A stretch of 62,509 nucleotides of DNA from Bacteroidota bacterium (GCA_011374625.1 DRPN01000142.1:1-62509); one strand, 5' to 3'. Shown: positions 30,860-42,061, numbered from the stretch's first letter. Notes: generated by a model not told the origin, from the letters alone. Program-made: numbers and translations.

Positions 30860-31222
30860 TCAAATATTTAATTTTTCTACTATATCATTTCTCTCCGCAT
30901 CAGCCCACAATGCTTCAAGGTTGTAAAACTCGCGGTAAGGTTTCTGAAAAACATGTACCACCACGTCCCCGTAATCCAGAAGAATCCACTGAGCATTCTT
31001 ATACCCTTCGCGGTGAAGTATCGTCTCGTGGAGGCTGGTTTTAACATGTTCTTCTATCGACTCGGCGATGGCGGTTACCTGTATATTGGAATCTCCATGG
31101 CATACAATAAAATAACGGCAAACAGCATTCTCAATTTGTGCCATATCCAAAATCACAATATCATGTCCTTTTTTCTTTTGTATGCCTTCTACAACTTTTT
31201 CTTTCAGTTTTATTGATGCCAA
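30860..31222 (-). CDS. rsfS: Ribosome silencing factor RsfS
   Basis: Core reads DIVILDMAQIENAVCRYFIVCHGDSNIQVTAIAESIEEHV. The start is uncertain. The track uses TTG at 31255, which sits inside a TACCTTTG -7 box. I prefer the in-frame TTG at 31222, which gives about 120 aa. Confidence 0.75.
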   Translation of the reverse strand: MASIKLKEKVVEGIQKKKGHDIVILDMAQIENAVCRYFIVCHGDSNIQVTAIAESIEEHVKTSLHETILHREGYKNAQWILLDYGDVVVHVFQKPYREFYNLEALWADAERNDIVEKLNI

Positions 31223-31252
31223 TTCGATCTTTTCCTCCTTATTAATTTTTTG

Positions 31253-31260
31253 CAAAGGTA
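31253..31260 (-). promoter_or_regulatory. -7 promoter box TACCTTTG for rsfS-ftsH
   Basis: Plus-strand CAAAGGTA equals minus-strand TACCTTTG, which matches TAnnTTTG. Confidence 0.35.
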
Positions 31261-31297
31261 GTGAAAAATAAAATCCTTACGATAAGGAAATTTCCAG

Positions 31298-31305
31298 TAA
31301 TTTTG
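31298..31305 (+). promoter_or_regulatory. -7 promoter box TAATTTTG for birA
   Basis: Matches TAnnTTTG, 64 nt upstream of the birA ATG at 31370. Confidence 0.3.
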
Positions 31306-31369
31306 TAATGGAAAGCAACTTTTGTTTTTTACAGTAAAAATTGCCGGAAACAGTCACCAAAAATATACA

Positions 31370-32119
31370 ATGTCAACCAAAAAGGCAAAAAATGTACCGG
31401 TTATCTGCCTGGATGAGGTAGAATCGACACAGCAAACTGCCCGCGCATGGCTACAGGAAGAAAGAATACGGAAAGAAACGATCATTGCCAGTCGTTTTCA
31501 GAAGGCTGGGAAAGGCCGGGGTAACAATACCTGGATAAGTGAAAAAGGGAAGAACCTCTTGCTGACCTGGGTGCTTTTCCCAAATTTTCTTAAACCCGAA
31601 CAGCAGTTTTCTTTGTCCATTGCCATGTCGTTGGCTGTAGCAGATCTGGTTGCAGCATATGTTCTGGGAGATTGTATTAAATGGCCTAACGATATTTATG
31701 TAGGAAAGGAAAAGATTGCCGGTATCTTGGTAGAAAATGATATTCAGGGCGACCGCTTCGTATCGGCATTGATTGGAATAGGTCTTAATGTCAATCAGAC
31801 GGAATTTCCTGCTTCGTTGCCTAATCCGGTGTCGTTGAAAAGCATTACCGGAAAGACTTATGATATGTCTTTGCTGCTGGATCAGTTAATAACTTTGTTT
31901 AGGAAGAGATATGAGACATTGAAGTCAGGTTATGAAAAAGAATTGAAGGAAGAATATACTGAAAGGTTGTATCTTTATAATAAAAAGACTCTCTGCCAAA
32001 CACCGGAAGGAGAAATGCGGGTCCGGATCACGGGAATTGACAGCTACGGGAGGCTTTTATTGACAAATGAAAAAGGCCGCACCCGGGCGTATGGAATGGG
32101 AGAGATAATGTTCAAGTAA
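31370..32119 (+). CDS. birA: Biotin--[acetyl-CoA-carboxylase] ligase (no HTH domain)
   Basis: ESTQQ and QKAGKGRGNNTW (GRGRxGRxW-type motif). The start is moved to the first ATG (MSTKKAKNV); the track start at 31322 is TTG. Confidence 0.8.
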   Translation: MSTKKAKNVPVICLDEVESTQQTARAWLQEERIRKETIIASRFQKAGKGRGNNTWISEKGKNLLLTWVLFPNFLKPEQQFSLSIAMSLAVADLVAAYVLGDCIKWPNDIYVGKEKIAGILVENDIQGDRFVSALIGIGLNVNQTEFPASLPNPVSLKSITGKTYDMSLLLDQLITLFRKRYETLKSGYEKELKEEYTERLYLYNKKTLCQTPEGEMRVRITGIDSYGRLLLTNEKGRTRAYGMGEIMFK

Positions 32120-32231
32120 GAAGTAAAAAAGCATCCTCCTTCGCTTTTTGAGCTATAGAAGACAAGGAAAGTAAAAGTAAGATGCAGAGAATGAAAAAAT
32201 TGCACCTAACATACTTTTTTTTAAATACTGT

Positions 32232-32735
32232 TCATTGAGAGATGATCTTTTTCAGTGCCTCAACAGAAATCTCTGGCCAGGAGAGGATATGCTGGGCCTG
32301 TTCATAGAAAAATTCTCTTTCTTTTAATTTTTTGCGGATATAATCAATCAGTTCTTCGTCGCTCTTGCCTGAAATGAGCGGTCGCTTGTCAGGTTCTTCT
32401 TTCAGATATTCAAACAGCTTTTCCGGAGGATACTTCAGATAGATTGTTTGACCGACTTGGTTCATCAGCTTCATATGATCAAAAAAACAGGGAGTCCCTC
32501 CCCCGACAGCTATAACGACATCATCCATGGTGTTGATGGCTTGCAGTAAGGCTTTATGCTCCAATACCCTGAATACCTCTTCTCCTTCTTTTGCGAATAT
32601 ATTTGAAATGTTCTTTCCCTCATTTATTTCGATGATTTCGTCAAGATCGGCAAAAAATAAACCGGCGGATAAAGCAAATTCTTTTCCGAACATGCTTTTT
32701 CCGGAACCCATAAAACCGATCAGAAAGATTTTCAT
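32232..32735 (-). CDS. aroK: Shikimate kinase
   Basis: 167 aa. P-loop IGFMGSGKS and the shikimate kinase fold pattern. Confidence 0.88.
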   Translation of the reverse strand: MKIFLIGFMGSGKSMFGKEFALSAGLFFADLDEIIEINEGKNISNIFAKEGEEVFRVLEHKALLQAINTMDDVVIAVGGGTPCFFDHMKLMNQVGQTIYLKYPPEKLFEYLKEEPDKRPLISGKSDEELIDYIRKKLKEREFFYEQAQHILSWPEISVEALKKIISQ

Positions 32736-32746
32736 AGCAAAAGAGG

Positions 32747-35482
32747 TTATTCAAGATCTAGGGTCATCTGGGCGCCGTCGTCGAGTGGGGTAGAGGATGG
32801 TTGACCGGAAGACGGATCGGTGAGTGATTCTTTCACTTTCTCCGATTCATCAATTGTCAGTAGGTCTTCATCAGGTTCGTGTTCTTGCCTGACGACGGGT
32901 TCCAGTTCAGTGATATTGTCCACCTGGTAGTTGGTGAGGCGTTTGCCACGGGCCCGGTAGCTTTTTACGCCGATGAATTTTGCCACCTCGATAATTTCCG
33001 GATGCCGGTTTTTGTTCTTGCCACCAAAATTGATCTCCAAACGGGGATATTCTACCTGGGTAATACTGATCAGTTTCGATTCGGGATTGTCCCCGATAAA
33101 AGAAACGGTTTTTTCCGACGGCTCGAAGGAGAAACGTTTAACGTAGTAAAAGCCCTGCTCAGCATCAAAATATACGACGGAAAAGACCTCCTTGCTATTA
33201 AATTTCTGTATCAGGAGAATATCATCGTTATAATGGTTTTCCAGGTCGAAATTGGTGGTATGAAAACTTCCGTTTTTGCGTACTACGAGTATTTTGTCTT
33301 TACCGCTGAATTCTCCCAGGAAAGTGCCTCGGCCGTCGGCATTAAGCCGCAATACGGTATCGTCGAACCATATCTTTCTTCCACCCAAGGTAGAAACGCC
33401 TTTCTCCTTCATGGTGATGCTCTGGATGGCATGCTTGGTCAGCAGGTTGCCCTGAGAGTTACGTCCTTTGATGGCATGTGTACTGAAATCAAAATCAAAC
33501 ATAAGTTTTTTCAGGCGGGGTTTGGGTCGCAGATGAACGCGTACTATCTCAGCCTCTCCGTTGGGGTTGGCACTGAAATACATGATTCGTGAGCCCGGTT
33601 TGCCTTTAGTGATGTTGTACTCCTTGTCGCGGGTAATGCCTGTGATGGCACAGCGTTTTACAAGATAACGGGTGTCCCTGCCATTCCGGTAGATGAGATT
33701 GTAAATGGTTCTTGTATCATTTTTCTTAAAGATGCTCACATGGATGATGTCTTTGCCGACAAATGTCTTATCGGTAACTTTGGTGATGATGTAACGCCCG
33801 TCACGCAGGAAGATGATCATGTCATCAATGTCCGAACATTCGGTCACGAACTCATCCTTTTTGAGGGAGGTTCCCACAAAACCTTCTTTGCGGTTCACAT
33901 ACAAGCGGGTGTTGGCAACGGCTACCTTGGTGGCAACAATAGTCTCAAAGTTTCGTATCTCTGTCCTACGGGGATAAGCGGCTCCGTATTTTTTCTTTAT
34001 TTGTGTATAATAATTAATGGTATATGCCGTAAGGTTGGCCAGATGGTTTTTGACTTCCTCCAGTTCTTCCTCAATGGCACGGATGGCTTCTTCGGCTTTC
34101 CTGACATCGTATTTTGATATCCTTTTGATCTTAATCTCCGTCAGATGAATGATATCGTCTTGGGTGATCTCGCGGTAGAATAATTTTTTAAAAGGAGCCA
34201 ACCCGTTATCAATGGCTTTGATCACCGCTTCCCAGGTCTCACATTCTTCAATGTCCCGGTAGATTTTATTTTCGATAAATATTTTTTCGAGCGATGAGAG
34301 ATGCCAGGCTTCTTCCAGTTCCTGTTTGCGAATCTCCAGCTCATGTCCCAGTAAATATTTGGTTTGTTCGGTTGAAAAGCACAAGATCTCCTTTACTCCC
34401 AGAAAGCGGGGTCTGTTACTGTCGATGATACAGGAGTTGGGAGATATGGACGTTTCACAGTCGGTAAAAGCGTACAGTGCATCGATGGTTTTGTCGGGAG
34501 AGACACCCGGTGCCAGATGAATGACGATCTCCACGTGTTCAGCGGTGTTGTCGTCTATCTTTTTTACTTTGATCTTGCCTTTGTCGTTGGCTTTGATGAT
34601 AGATTCGATCAAAGTGCCGGTTGTTTTACCAAAGGGAATCTCGGTGATGACCAGAGTCTTCTTGTCTTTTTTCTCGATCCTGGCCCGTACCTTTATCTGT
34701 CCGCCGCGCAGGCCGTCGTTGTATCGAGAGAAATCAGCCATGCCACCGGTGGGAAAATCTGGTAACAGTTCAAAATCTTTTCCCTGCAGATACCGGATGG
34801 AAGCGTCGCACAATTCGTTGAAGTTGTGGGGGAGAATTTTGGAAGCCAGACCTACGGCGATCCCTTCACCACCAAGAGCCAGCCGCAGGGGGAATTTCAC
34901 CGGAAGGGTTACCGGTTCTTTGTTACGTCCGTCATAGGAAAGTTTCCATTCTGTAGTCTTCGGATTAAAGACGACTTCCAAGGCAAATTTCGACAATCTG
35001 GCTTCGATGTATCGAGGTGCAGCGGCGCTGTCGCCTGTCAGCATATTGCCCCAGTTTCCCTGCGTATCTATAAGCAGGTTTTTCTGGCCCAGCTGTACCA
35101 GCGCATCACCGATAGAAGTATCCCCATGAGGATGGTATTGCATCGTGTGACCGATAATGTTGGCTACCTTGTTGTAACGACCGTCGTCTAATTGTTTCAT
35201 GGCGTGAAGGATGCGACGCTGCACCGGTTTCAAACCATCCACAATATTGGGTACTGCCCGTTCCATGATAACATAGGAAGCATAATCCAGAAACCAGTCG
35301 CGGTACATACCGGAGAGATGAGCTACTTTCATCAATTCCGGGACGCCGGCCTCTTCTTCTGTTTCCTCTTTGGGTAGCCATTCTTTTGAAACTGCCTTAT
35401 CTTCTGCAGCCGTATCCTGTACTTTTGGTTTTTTCGTTATTTCGTTTTTTCCCTCGTCCTTCATACCATTCTTCCCTTCCAT
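32747..35482 (-). CDS. parC: DNA topoisomerase IV subunit A
   Basis: 911 aa. The GyrA/ParC N-terminal motif reads ERAVPNIVDGLKPVQRRILHAM. It lies directly downstream of a ParE-sized GyrB-family gene. Confidence 0.85.
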   Translation of the reverse strand: MEGKNGMKDEGKNEITKKPKVQDTAAEDKAVSKEWLPKEETEEEAGVPELMKVAHLSGMYRDWFLDYASYVIMERAVPNIVDGLKPVQRRILHAMKQLDDGRYNKVANIIGHTMQYHPHGDTSIGDALVQLGQKNLLIDTQGNWGNMLTGDSAAAPRYIEARLSKFALEVVFNPKTTEWKLSYDGRNKEPVTLPVKFPLRLALGGEGIAVGLASKILPHNFNELCDASIRYLQGKDFELLPDFPTGGMADFSRYNDGLRGGQIKVRARIEKKDKKTLVITEIPFGKTTGTLIESIIKANDKGKIKVKKIDDNTAEHVEIVIHLAPGVSPDKTIDALYAFTDCETSISPNSCIIDSNRPRFLGVKEILCFSTEQTKYLLGHELEIRKQELEEAWHLSSLEKIFIENKIYRDIEECETWEAVIKAIDNGLAPFKKLFYREITQDDIIHLTEIKIKRISKYDVRKAEEAIRAIEEELEEVKNHLANLTAYTINYYTQIKKKYGAAYPRRTEIRNFETIVATKVAVANTRLYVNRKEGFVGTSLKKDEFVTECSDIDDMIIFLRDGRYIITKVTDKTFVGKDIIHVSIFKKNDTRTIYNLIYRNGRDTRYLVKRCAITGITRDKEYNITKGKPGSRIMYFSANPNGEAEIVRVHLRPKPRLKKLMFDFDFSTHAIKGRNSQGNLLTKHAIQSITMKEKGVSTLGGRKIWFDDTVLRLNADGRGTFLGEFSGKDKILVVRKNGSFHTTNFDLENHYNDDILLIQKFNSKEVFSVVYFDAEQGFYYVKRFSFEPSEKTVSFIGDNPESKLISITQVEYPRLEINFGGKNKNRHPEIIEVAKFIGVKSYRARGKRLTNYQVDNITELEPVVRQEHEPDEDLLTIDESEKVKESLTDPSSGQPSSTPLDDGAQMTLDLE

Positions 35483-35497
35483 AAGACAACTGATTTA

Positions 35498-37336
35498 TCA
35501 GACTTCCACAAGATCTTCCTCCACCCGCAGGTTGTTGATGATAAACTCCTGCCTGCCCGGGGTATTTTTCCCCATATAAAAATTGAGGAACTCATCCACC
35601 GATTCGTCTTTGCGCAGGCGTACAGGGTCGAGCCTGATATTTTTTCCGATAAAATGTTTGAACTCATCTGGTGATATCTCTCCCAACCCTTTGAATCGGG
35701 TGATCTCAACATTCTTGCCCAGTGCTTTGATGGCTGTTTCTTTTTCTTCTTCCGAATAACAGTATCGTGTTTCCTTTTTATTCCTTACCCTGAACAATGG
35801 GGTTTGCAGTATATAAAGATGGCCCTGTTTGACCAGGTCGGGGAAAAACTGCAGGAAAAAGGTGAGTAGCAGCAGCCGGATGTGCATACCATCCACATCG
35901 GCATCGGTGGCGATGACCACATTGTTGTACCGCAGATTTTCCAAGCCATCCTCAATGTTCAGGGCCGACTGGAGGAGATTGAACTCTTCATTTTCGTACA
36001 CTATTTTTTTAGTCAGCCCGAAAGTGTTCAGTGGTTTTCCTTTCAGACTGAAAACGGCTTGTGTCTCCACATCCCTTGATTTGGTGATGGATCCGCTGGC
36101 CGAGTCGCCTTCGGTGATGAAAATCGTTGTTTCGAGACGCCGGTCATTTTTTGAGTTGTAGTGAATACGGCAATCGCGTAGTTTTTTGTTGTGAAGACTG
36201 GTTTTCTTGGCACGTTCCCGGGCTATTTTTTTGATGCTGGAGATAGCCTTGCGTTCTTTTTCCGAGTCCATGATCTTTTTCAGCAGGATCTCAGCCGTCC
36301 CGGGATTTTTGTGCAGGTAATCATCCAGGTTTTTTTTCATGAAATCGATGACATAGTTCCGGACACTGGGTTCACCAGGTCCCATATTTTTGCTGCCCAA
36401 CTTGGTTTTAGTCTGTGATTCGAACACCGGTTCTTCAATCTTGATACTCATAGCTGCGATGATGGAAGCTCTTATATCCGAAGCATCAAAATCTTTCTTG
36501 TAAAACTCACGGATGGTTTTTACAAGGGCTTCGCGGAAAGCAGACAAGTGTGTGCCTCCCTGGGTGGTGTGCTGACCATTGACGAAAGAATAATATTCCT
36601 CCCCATAATGAGTGCCGTGGGTGAAAGCCACCTCCAGGTCTCCATTTTTCAGATGGATGGGTTCATACAACCCGGGCTGGGAGAGGTTTTCATTCAGCAG
36701 ATCCAGCAGTCCGTTTTTGGAGATCAGTTTTTGACCGTTAAACTCGATCAGCAGGCCGGCATTGAGAAAGACATAATTCATCAGCATCGTCTCCACATAT
36801 TCGGAGACATAATGGTATTTTCCGAACATCTTTTCGTCAGGGATAAATCTGACATATGTTCCATTGGGCTCTTCTGAAGGTTTTACGGATTCATCTTTTA
36901 CCAGTTCACCACGACAAAAATGCACTTCATGAACCTCATTTTCGCGGAACGATCTGATCACAAATTCTGAAGAAAGGGCATTGACTGCTTTTATGCCGAC
37001 ACCGTTCAGTCCGACAGATTTTTTGAATACTTTAGAATCATATTTTGCTCCGGTATTCATTTTGGAAACAACCTCAACCACCTTTCCCAAGGGGATGCCT
37101 CGGCCATAGTCCCTTACTGTCACCCGTTTGTCCTGAATGGTTACCACAATTTTCTTTCCAAAACCCATCATGTATTCATCGATGGAGTTATCCATCACTT
37201 CCTTTATTAGTACATAGATCCCGTCATCCTGGGAAGAGCCATCACCCAGTTTTCCAATGTACATACCCGGACGACGCCGGATATGCTCTCTCCAGTCGAG
37301 GGTTTGGATGGTTTCTTCTGAATAGTTTGCAGTCAT
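35498..37336 (-). CDS. parE: DNA topoisomerase IV subunit B
   Basis: 612 aa. GHKL ATPase N-terminus (RRRPGMYIG), Toprim region (EGDSA) and PLKGK-type motif (SLKGKPLN). It is too short for GyrB. Confidence 0.85.
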   Translation of the reverse strand: MTANYSEETIQTLDWREHIRRRPGMYIGKLGDGSSQDDGIYVLIKEVMDNSIDEYMMGFGKKIVVTIQDKRVTVRDYGRGIPLGKVVEVVSKMNTGAKYDSKVFKKSVGLNGVGIKAVNALSSEFVIRSFRENEVHEVHFCRGELVKDESVKPSEEPNGTYVRFIPDEKMFGKYHYVSEYVETMLMNYVFLNAGLLIEFNGQKLISKNGLLDLLNENLSQPGLYEPIHLKNGDLEVAFTHGTHYGEEYYSFVNGQHTTQGGTHLSAFREALVKTIREFYKKDFDASDIRASIIAAMSIKIEEPVFESQTKTKLGSKNMGPGEPSVRNYVIDFMKKNLDDYLHKNPGTAEILLKKIMDSEKERKAISSIKKIARERAKKTSLHNKKLRDCRIHYNSKNDRRLETTIFITEGDSASGSITKSRDVETQAVFSLKGKPLNTFGLTKKIVYENEEFNLLQSALNIEDGLENLRYNNVVIATDADVDGMHIRLLLLTFFLQFFPDLVKQGHLYILQTPLFRVRNKKETRYCYSEEEKETAIKALGKNVEITRFKGLGEISPDEFKHFIGKNIRLDPVRLRKDESVDEFLNFYMGKNTPGRQEFIINNLRVEEDLVEV

Positions 37337-37365
37337 ACTATCTCCGGTACAAATTAAAATTTTTG

Positions 37366-37373
37366 CAAAGATA
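37366..37373 (-). promoter_or_regulatory. -7 promoter box TATCTTTG for parE-parC
   Basis: Plus-strand CAAAGATA equals minus-strand TATCTTTG, 29 nt upstream of the parE ATG. Confidence 0.35.
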
Positions 37374-37438
37374 AGGAAATCCGCTATGTTCCGGTGAATT
37401 GTTTATCAACAATAGGGATGAATTTTCAACGGTAGCCC

Positions 37439-38194
37439 TTATTCGTTTCGCATTTTCTCCAGCTCCTTTACCATCAGGTCCCTGGTATAATTCATTAGTT
37501 CTTTGGTTGAACTGTTTCTATAAAATTCCGGGGGGATTTCATCCAGTATCCGGACTTTTATGTGGTGTTTTCCATGCATGAAAAAGCCATGTTTAGGCAG
37601 GGCCTTTCCCGTTCCGTCCAGAATGATCGGCAGAATGGGGGTGTTTGTCTCTTTGGCCAGTAGGAATGCTCCTTCCTTGAAACGGTCGATCTGTTTTGTT
37701 ACCGAACGGGTTCCTTCCGGAAAGATCATCAGCGAAGATCCTTCCGCTAAAGCTTTCTTTCCGTCTCTCATCATGTGGAGAATACTGCTTTTCTTCCCGC
37801 GTGCCAGACGGATATAACGATTCAATGACATGTTCCATCCGGCGATGGGAATGCGGAAATTTTCTATTTTACTTACCCATTTGAAATGGACAAAAAGCCT
37901 GTAAAGAACCAGGATGTCTACCATAGACTGATGGTTGGATACCATAACATATACTTTTTTGCGGTCTATTTTATCCCGGTTTTCGATGGTAACTTTCCAG
38001 AAAGGAGCTGCCCATGTATACAAGGAAGCCCAAGAGCAGGAAAAAGTATGCAAAATAACGAGCCTTTTATCGAAAGGAACCGTAACCAGCCAGATTATGA
38101 AGGAAATAACAAAACAGACAGGCATGGTTACAATGGCAAAAAGATAAAGCCAGAGCGAACGGAAAACATCTGCTATCTTGCCAAAAGAGGCCAT
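37439..38194 (-). CDS. plsC: 1-acyl-sn-glycerol-3-phosphate acyltransferase family protein
   Basis: HX4D motif NHQSMVDI and FPEGTRS. I prefer the start at Met-28 (MASFGKIADV, 38194), because the track start at 38275 overlaps lplA by 64 nt. Confidence 0.8.
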   Translation of the reverse strand: MASFGKIADVFRSLWLYLFAIVTMPVCFVISFIIWLVTVPFDKRLVILHTFSCSWASLYTWAAPFWKVTIENRDKIDRKKVYVMVSNHQSMVDILVLYRLFVHFKWVSKIENFRIPIAGWNMSLNRYIRLARGKKSSILHMMRDGKKALAEGSSLMIFPEGTRSVTKQIDRFKEGAFLLAKETNTPILPIILDGTGKALPKHGFFMHGKHHIKVRILDEIPPEFYRNSSTKELMNYTRDLMVKELEKMRNE

Positions 38195-38211
38195 AATATT
38201 GTTGTATATAG

Positions 38212-39198
38212 TCAGCCGAAAAGAAAACGAATCCATTCTCCCTGCGAAATTATGGAAACTTTTTCTTTTTTCCACAGGGGATCTAAAGCTCTCTCAACAG
38301 CTTCTTTTTCATAGGGAAATCCGGAGAAAAAACGGGCAAGAATAAATATCTCTTCCGGCAATTCCGCATTTTTTGGGAAGGATATTTCGTGGATTTTTCC
38401 GTTTTTCAGGGAAATATTTGCAGGTATTTCCATTCCGGACAAAAGAAGACTCCTGGTCAAAACACAGGGAGGGGAGTAAGCTATATTCCAAGCCCATGTA
38501 TTATATTTTTCTCTTATCAGTTTTTCGATCTCCTGTTCTTCGGATTTTGTAAGCGTATAAATCCTGCATGGGGCAAAATAATCCAGGCAATATTCCTTCA
38601 GTTTTTTTCTGAACTCAGGCAGATCCGTCGTTTCTTTCAGATACTTCTTTATATTGGTAACCCCGCTTGGTTGTGAGGATACGGCTTTATCGGATATCTC
38701 TTCCGGATTGGGAAGAAGCGCTTCTTTCAGGTCTTTCAGGTTGGTGTCGAACAACAGGGTTCCATGGTGCAATATGCGGTGCTTATAGACATATTCGGCG
38801 TTTCCGGAAATCTTTGTTTCATGTATCAGGATATTGTTTCGTTTGTCAGTGCCGGCAGGAATATTCAGACTGTTGATAAAGGCAACGACCGGTTTGATGT
38901 ATTTCCCGAAATCCACCACCTTTCCCTGTTCCCCGTTCAGGATAAAGCTGAAGTTCAGATTACCGTGGTCATGCCATACCGTTCCGCCGCCTGTAAGACG
39001 CCGCACTACAGGCACTGGATTTCGTTTCAGAAAACTCCGGTTTACTTCCCGGAAAACATTCTGGTGTTTGCCTATGATGATCGAAGGTCTGTTGACATAA
39101 AACAAAACGAAATCATCCCTCTTATTATGCAACAGATATTCTTCTGCAGCCAGGTTAAAAAATGGGTTATCCGTGGTGCTGTCGACACAATAAAACAT
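38212..39198 (-). CDS. lplA: Lipoate--protein ligase
   Basis: 328 aa. Motifs seen: RRLTGGGTVWHDHGNLNFSFI and ISGNAEY. Confidence 0.88.
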   Translation of the reverse strand: MFYCVDSTTDNPFFNLAAEEYLLHNKRDDFVLFYVNRPSIIIGKHQNVFREVNRSFLKRNPVPVVRRLTGGGTVWHDHGNLNFSFILNGEQGKVVDFGKYIKPVVAFINSLNIPAGTDKRNNILIHETKISGNAEYVYKHRILHHGTLLFDTNLKDLKEALLPNPEEISDKAVSSQPSGVTNIKKYLKETTDLPEFRKKLKEYCLDYFAPCRIYTLTKSEEQEIEKLIREKYNTWAWNIAYSPPCVLTRSLLLSGMEIPANISLKNGKIHEISFPKNAELPEEIFILARFFSGFPYEKEAVERALDPLWKKEKVSIISQGEWIRFLFG

Positions 39199-39209
39199 AG
39201 GGACCGGTT

Positions 39210-39818
39210 TTACCTCTTTTCTTTATTTACCGGGTTAAAATACGGGTTACGCTCAAGCCATCTTCTGTCTGTTTCTTTGAACAGGAGATAGATCAGCCAT
39301 CCCAGGAAAGTCCCCACAAGGGCTCCGGCCACAACGTCTCCCGGAAAATGAACCCCCAGATAGATACGGCTGTAGCCGATCAAGGCAACAATGAGATACA
39401 TTACGATTGTGAATGTTCTGTTTCGTAGCAGCAAAGTGACAAAGGCGGCTATGCCGAACATATTGGTGGCATGGCTTGAGACAAAGCTGTACATGCCGCC
39501 GCAGTGGCCTTTTACGAGATGAACCATCGGGGCCAGCGTTTCATTGTGACAGGGCCGGAGGCGTTTGAAAACATCCTTGAAAAGATGAACAGAGGTTTGG
39601 TCGGTTACGACAACGAGCAGAATAATAAATATCAATAGGATCCAGAAACGTCGTTTAAAGATCTTTATCAACCAACCCAGGATGAAGAGATAAAGCGGTA
39701 TCCAGAGCCATTTGGTACTGACCAGCCACATCACCTGATCCCAGAAAGGAGAGTGCCATCCGTTAATAAGGAGAAAAAGAGATTGATCGGTTTTTTCAAG
39801 AAGTTCAAGCATATTCAT
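39210..39818 (-). CDS. PAP2-family phosphatase (undecaprenyl-diphosphatase-like)
   Basis: 202 aa membrane protein. Acid phosphatase motifs [14 protein letters not shown] and GVHFPGDV. Confidence 0.8.
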   Translation of the reverse strand: MNMLELLEKTDQSLFLLINGWHSPFWDQVMWLVSTKWLWIPLYLFILGWLIKIFKRRFWILLIFIILLVVVTDQTSVHLFKDVFKRLRPCHNETLAPMVHLVKGHCGGMYSFVSSHATNMFGIAAFVTLLLRNRTFTIVMYLIVALIGYSRIYLGVHFPGDVVAGALVGTFLGWLIYLLFKETDRRWLERNPYFNPVNKEKR

Positions 39819-40804
39819 TCATTTAGGTATTTCCAAATCATATCCTTCATTCTTTCGAGTCCATATCCTGTAACCGATGAGATAAAAACCCAGGGCACTT
39901 CCGGCAGTTCCGGGATGATCTCGTTTGTTAGTTCTTCATCCAGCAGATCCGATTTGGTGATGGCCAGTATCCTCCTCTTGTCCAATAATTCCGGATTAAA
40001 TTCGTTGAGTTCTTTTAAGAGGATGCGGTATTCTTCAGCGATATTCCGGCTGTCTGCTGGCACCATAAACAAGAGCAGAGCATTGCGTTCGATATGGCGC
40101 AGAAAGCGGGTACCCATGCCTTTTCCCTCATGGGCATCTTCAATGATCCCAGGAATGTCAGCCATGACAAAAGAACGGTTGTCGCGGTAAGGGACGATGC
40201 CCAGTTGTGGGACCAGTGTGGTGAAAGGATAGTCGGCAATTTTAGGCTTGGCGGCGGTAATGGTGGAGAGCAGGGTGGATTTGCCGGCGTTTGGAAAGCC
40301 TACCAGTCCTACATCTGCCAGGATCTTCAGTTCGAGGATGAACCATCCTTCTCGTGCCTCTTCCCCCGGCTGGGCAAAACGGGGGGTCTGATGTGTGGAG
40401 GACTTGAAATGCACATTGCCCAGTCCACCACGACCGCCGGGGAGCAGGATCTTTTTCTCGCCGTGTTCCATGATCTCGAAAAGCTTCTCTCCCGTTTTGA
40501 CGTCACGGGCTACTGTGCCCAGTGGGACCTCCACGATGGTATCTGCACCATTGGCTCCGGTTTTCATGGCCGAAGAACCGGGAATGCCGTTTTCAGCCTT
40601 GATGTGTCTGTGGTATTTCAGATGCAATAATGTCCATAGATGACAGTTTCCTTTTAGGATAATGTGACCGCCACGTCCTCCGTCCCCTCCATCGGGGCCT
40701 CCTTTCGGATTGCAACGGTCACGATGCAGATGGGCCGACCCGGCGCCACCCCTTCCCGAACGGCAATAAATTTTTACATAATCTATGAAATTGCCTTCCG
40801 CCAT
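39815..40804 (-). CDS. obg: GTPase Obg/CgtA
   Basis: 329 aa. Obg fold (GGDGGRGG) and G domain ([20 protein letters not shown]). Its stop overlaps the PAP2 start by 4 nt. Confidence 0.93.
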   Translation of the reverse strand: MAEGNFIDYVKIYCRSGRGGAGSAHLHRDRCNPKGGPDGGDGGRGGHIILKGNCHLWTLLHLKYHRHIKAENGIPGSSAMKTGANGADTIVEVPLGTVARDVKTGEKLFEIMEHGEKKILLPGGRGGLGNVHFKSSTHQTPRFAQPGEEAREGWFILELKILADVGLVGFPNAGKSTLLSTITAAKPKIADYPFTTLVPQLGIVPYRDNRSFVMADIPGIIEDAHEGKGMGTRFLRHIERNALLLFMVPADSRNIAEEYRILLKELNEFNPELLDKRRILAITKSDLLDEELTNEIIPELPEVPWVFISSVTGYGLERMKDMIWKYLNE

Positions 40805-40814
40805 GTGTCTTAGC

Positions 40815-41387
40815 TTACTTCACTTTTTTCAATATCTTATAGATACGCTCATTTACTTCCTCGATCGTCCCGATCCCGTTGACGGGATATAATTTGCCTT
40901 GTGATTTATAATAATCCATAACAGGAACTGTCTGATCAAAATATACCTTTATTCTATTTTTTATCACCTCCGGGTTGTCATCTGTGCGGCCTTCGATCTT
41001 TGACCTGTTAAGCAGCCGTTTGATAAGTTCGTCGTGGTCCACCTCCAGGGCGATTAGATAATCTATGGAAGTATTTCTTTCTTCCAACATCCTGTCAAGG
41101 AACCTGGCCTGGAAAACATTTCTGGGAAATCCGTCAAAGATAAAGCCTTTGGCTCCGGCATTCCTGTCAACGGCATTTATTACCATTTGGGCAATATCTT
41201 CATCCGGAACCAGTATCCCTTTATCCATGAATTCTTTGGCTTTAATGCCCAGCGGTGTTTTATTTGCAATGGCTTTGCGGAGAATGTCTCCGGTAGAAAG
41301 ATGTATGAGACCGTGTGACTTGCTGATTTTTAAAGCTTGTGTACCTTTTCCAGATCCCGGAGGACCAAATAAAATTACGTTAATCAT
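40815..41387 (-). CDS. adk: Adenylate kinase
   Basis: 190 aa. P-loop [10 protein letters not shown], the DGFPR motif, and a short lid. Confidence 0.93.
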   Translation of the reverse strand: MINVILFGPPGSGKGTQALKISKSHGLIHLSTGDILRKAIANKTPLGIKAKEFMDKGILVPDEDIAQMVINAVDRNAGAKGFIFDGFPRNVFQARFLDRMLEERNTSIDYLIALEVDHDELIKRLLNRSKIEGRTDDNPEVIKNRIKVYFDQTVPVMDYYKSQGKLYPVNGIGTIEEVNERIYKILKKVK

Positions 41388-41431
41388 AATTATAGAAGTT
41401 TTGTGTTGAGTTTAAATACTTAATATTAGGT

Positions 41432-41980
41432 TCAGGATTCATTGTTTTCGTCCAATACATAGATACCATCTAGGTTTCTTCCGTATCCGTTGTAATCCAG
41501 CCCGTATCCGATAATATATTTATTGGGGATCTCCATACCAACATAATCTATCGGAATACGGTGATGGTAAGCTTCGGGTTTTAATAGTAAAGTAACCACA
41601 TGTATCTCTGCGGGCTGGAAGCTTTGTAATTGACGGATAATATGATCAAGAGTGGTGCCGGTATCCACGATGTCTTCCACGACAATTACTATGTGATTTT
41701 TCAAATCCTCGCTCAAACCAATCAGTTGTTTAACTTTGCCTGTGCTTTCCATACCATGATAAGAAGCCAGGCGCAGAAAAGTGATGCGTGCTTTCAGGTT
41801 CACCTGCCGGAAAAGGTCGGCAACAAAAATAAAAACACCGTTCAAGATCCCGACAAAAACCACCTCTTTCCCTTCAAAATCCCGGTTGATACGCTCTGCT
41901 ATTCCGCTTACTTTCTCCTGAATGGTTTGGGAAGAGATAAATTTTTTAAAATGTTTATGCAGAATTGTAACTTTTTCCAT
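41432..41980 (-). CDS. hpt: Hypoxanthine phosphoribosyltransferase
   Basis: 182 aa. PRPP-binding motif VIVVEDIVDTGTTL. Confidence 0.9.
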   Translation of the reverse strand: MEKVTILHKHFKKFISSQTIQEKVSGIAERINRDFEGKEVVFVGILNGVFIFVADLFRQVNLKARITFLRLASYHGMESTGKVKQLIGLSEDLKNHIVIVVEDIVDTGTTLDHIIRQLQSFQPAEIHVVTLLLKPEAYHHRIPIDYVGMEIPNKYIIGYGLDYNGYGRNLDGIYVLDENNES

Positions 41981-42061
41981 GGGAATGATTATATTCGTTA
42001 TTCCGCTAAAATATCAAATCTTGTTTTAATAAATGCAAAAATCGTCAAAATACGGAAAAAA

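Noticed and set aside
29720-30871. 383-aa plus-strand ORF, one of the longest in the track.
   Set aside because: It is entirely antisense to ftsH, and ftsH has Walker, SRH and HEAGH motifs. The antisense translation has none.
32127-32150. AAAAAGC-N10-GCTTTTT between birA and aroK, considered as a bidirectional terminator.
   Set aside because: The stem has only 7 bp, 5 of them A-T, with a 10-nt loop. That is too weak to call.
38195-38275. A 64-nt overlap between lplA and the acyltransferase ORF.
   Set aside because: It is resolved by using the internal Met at 38194 for the acyltransferase. The overlap is an ORF-calling artefact, not evidence of overlapping genes.
41630-42061. An N-terminal 144 codons of the 313-aa ORF that contains purE.
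   Set aside because: That part is antisense to hpt. PurE homology starts at MKPCVSIIMGSTSD (ATG at 42062).
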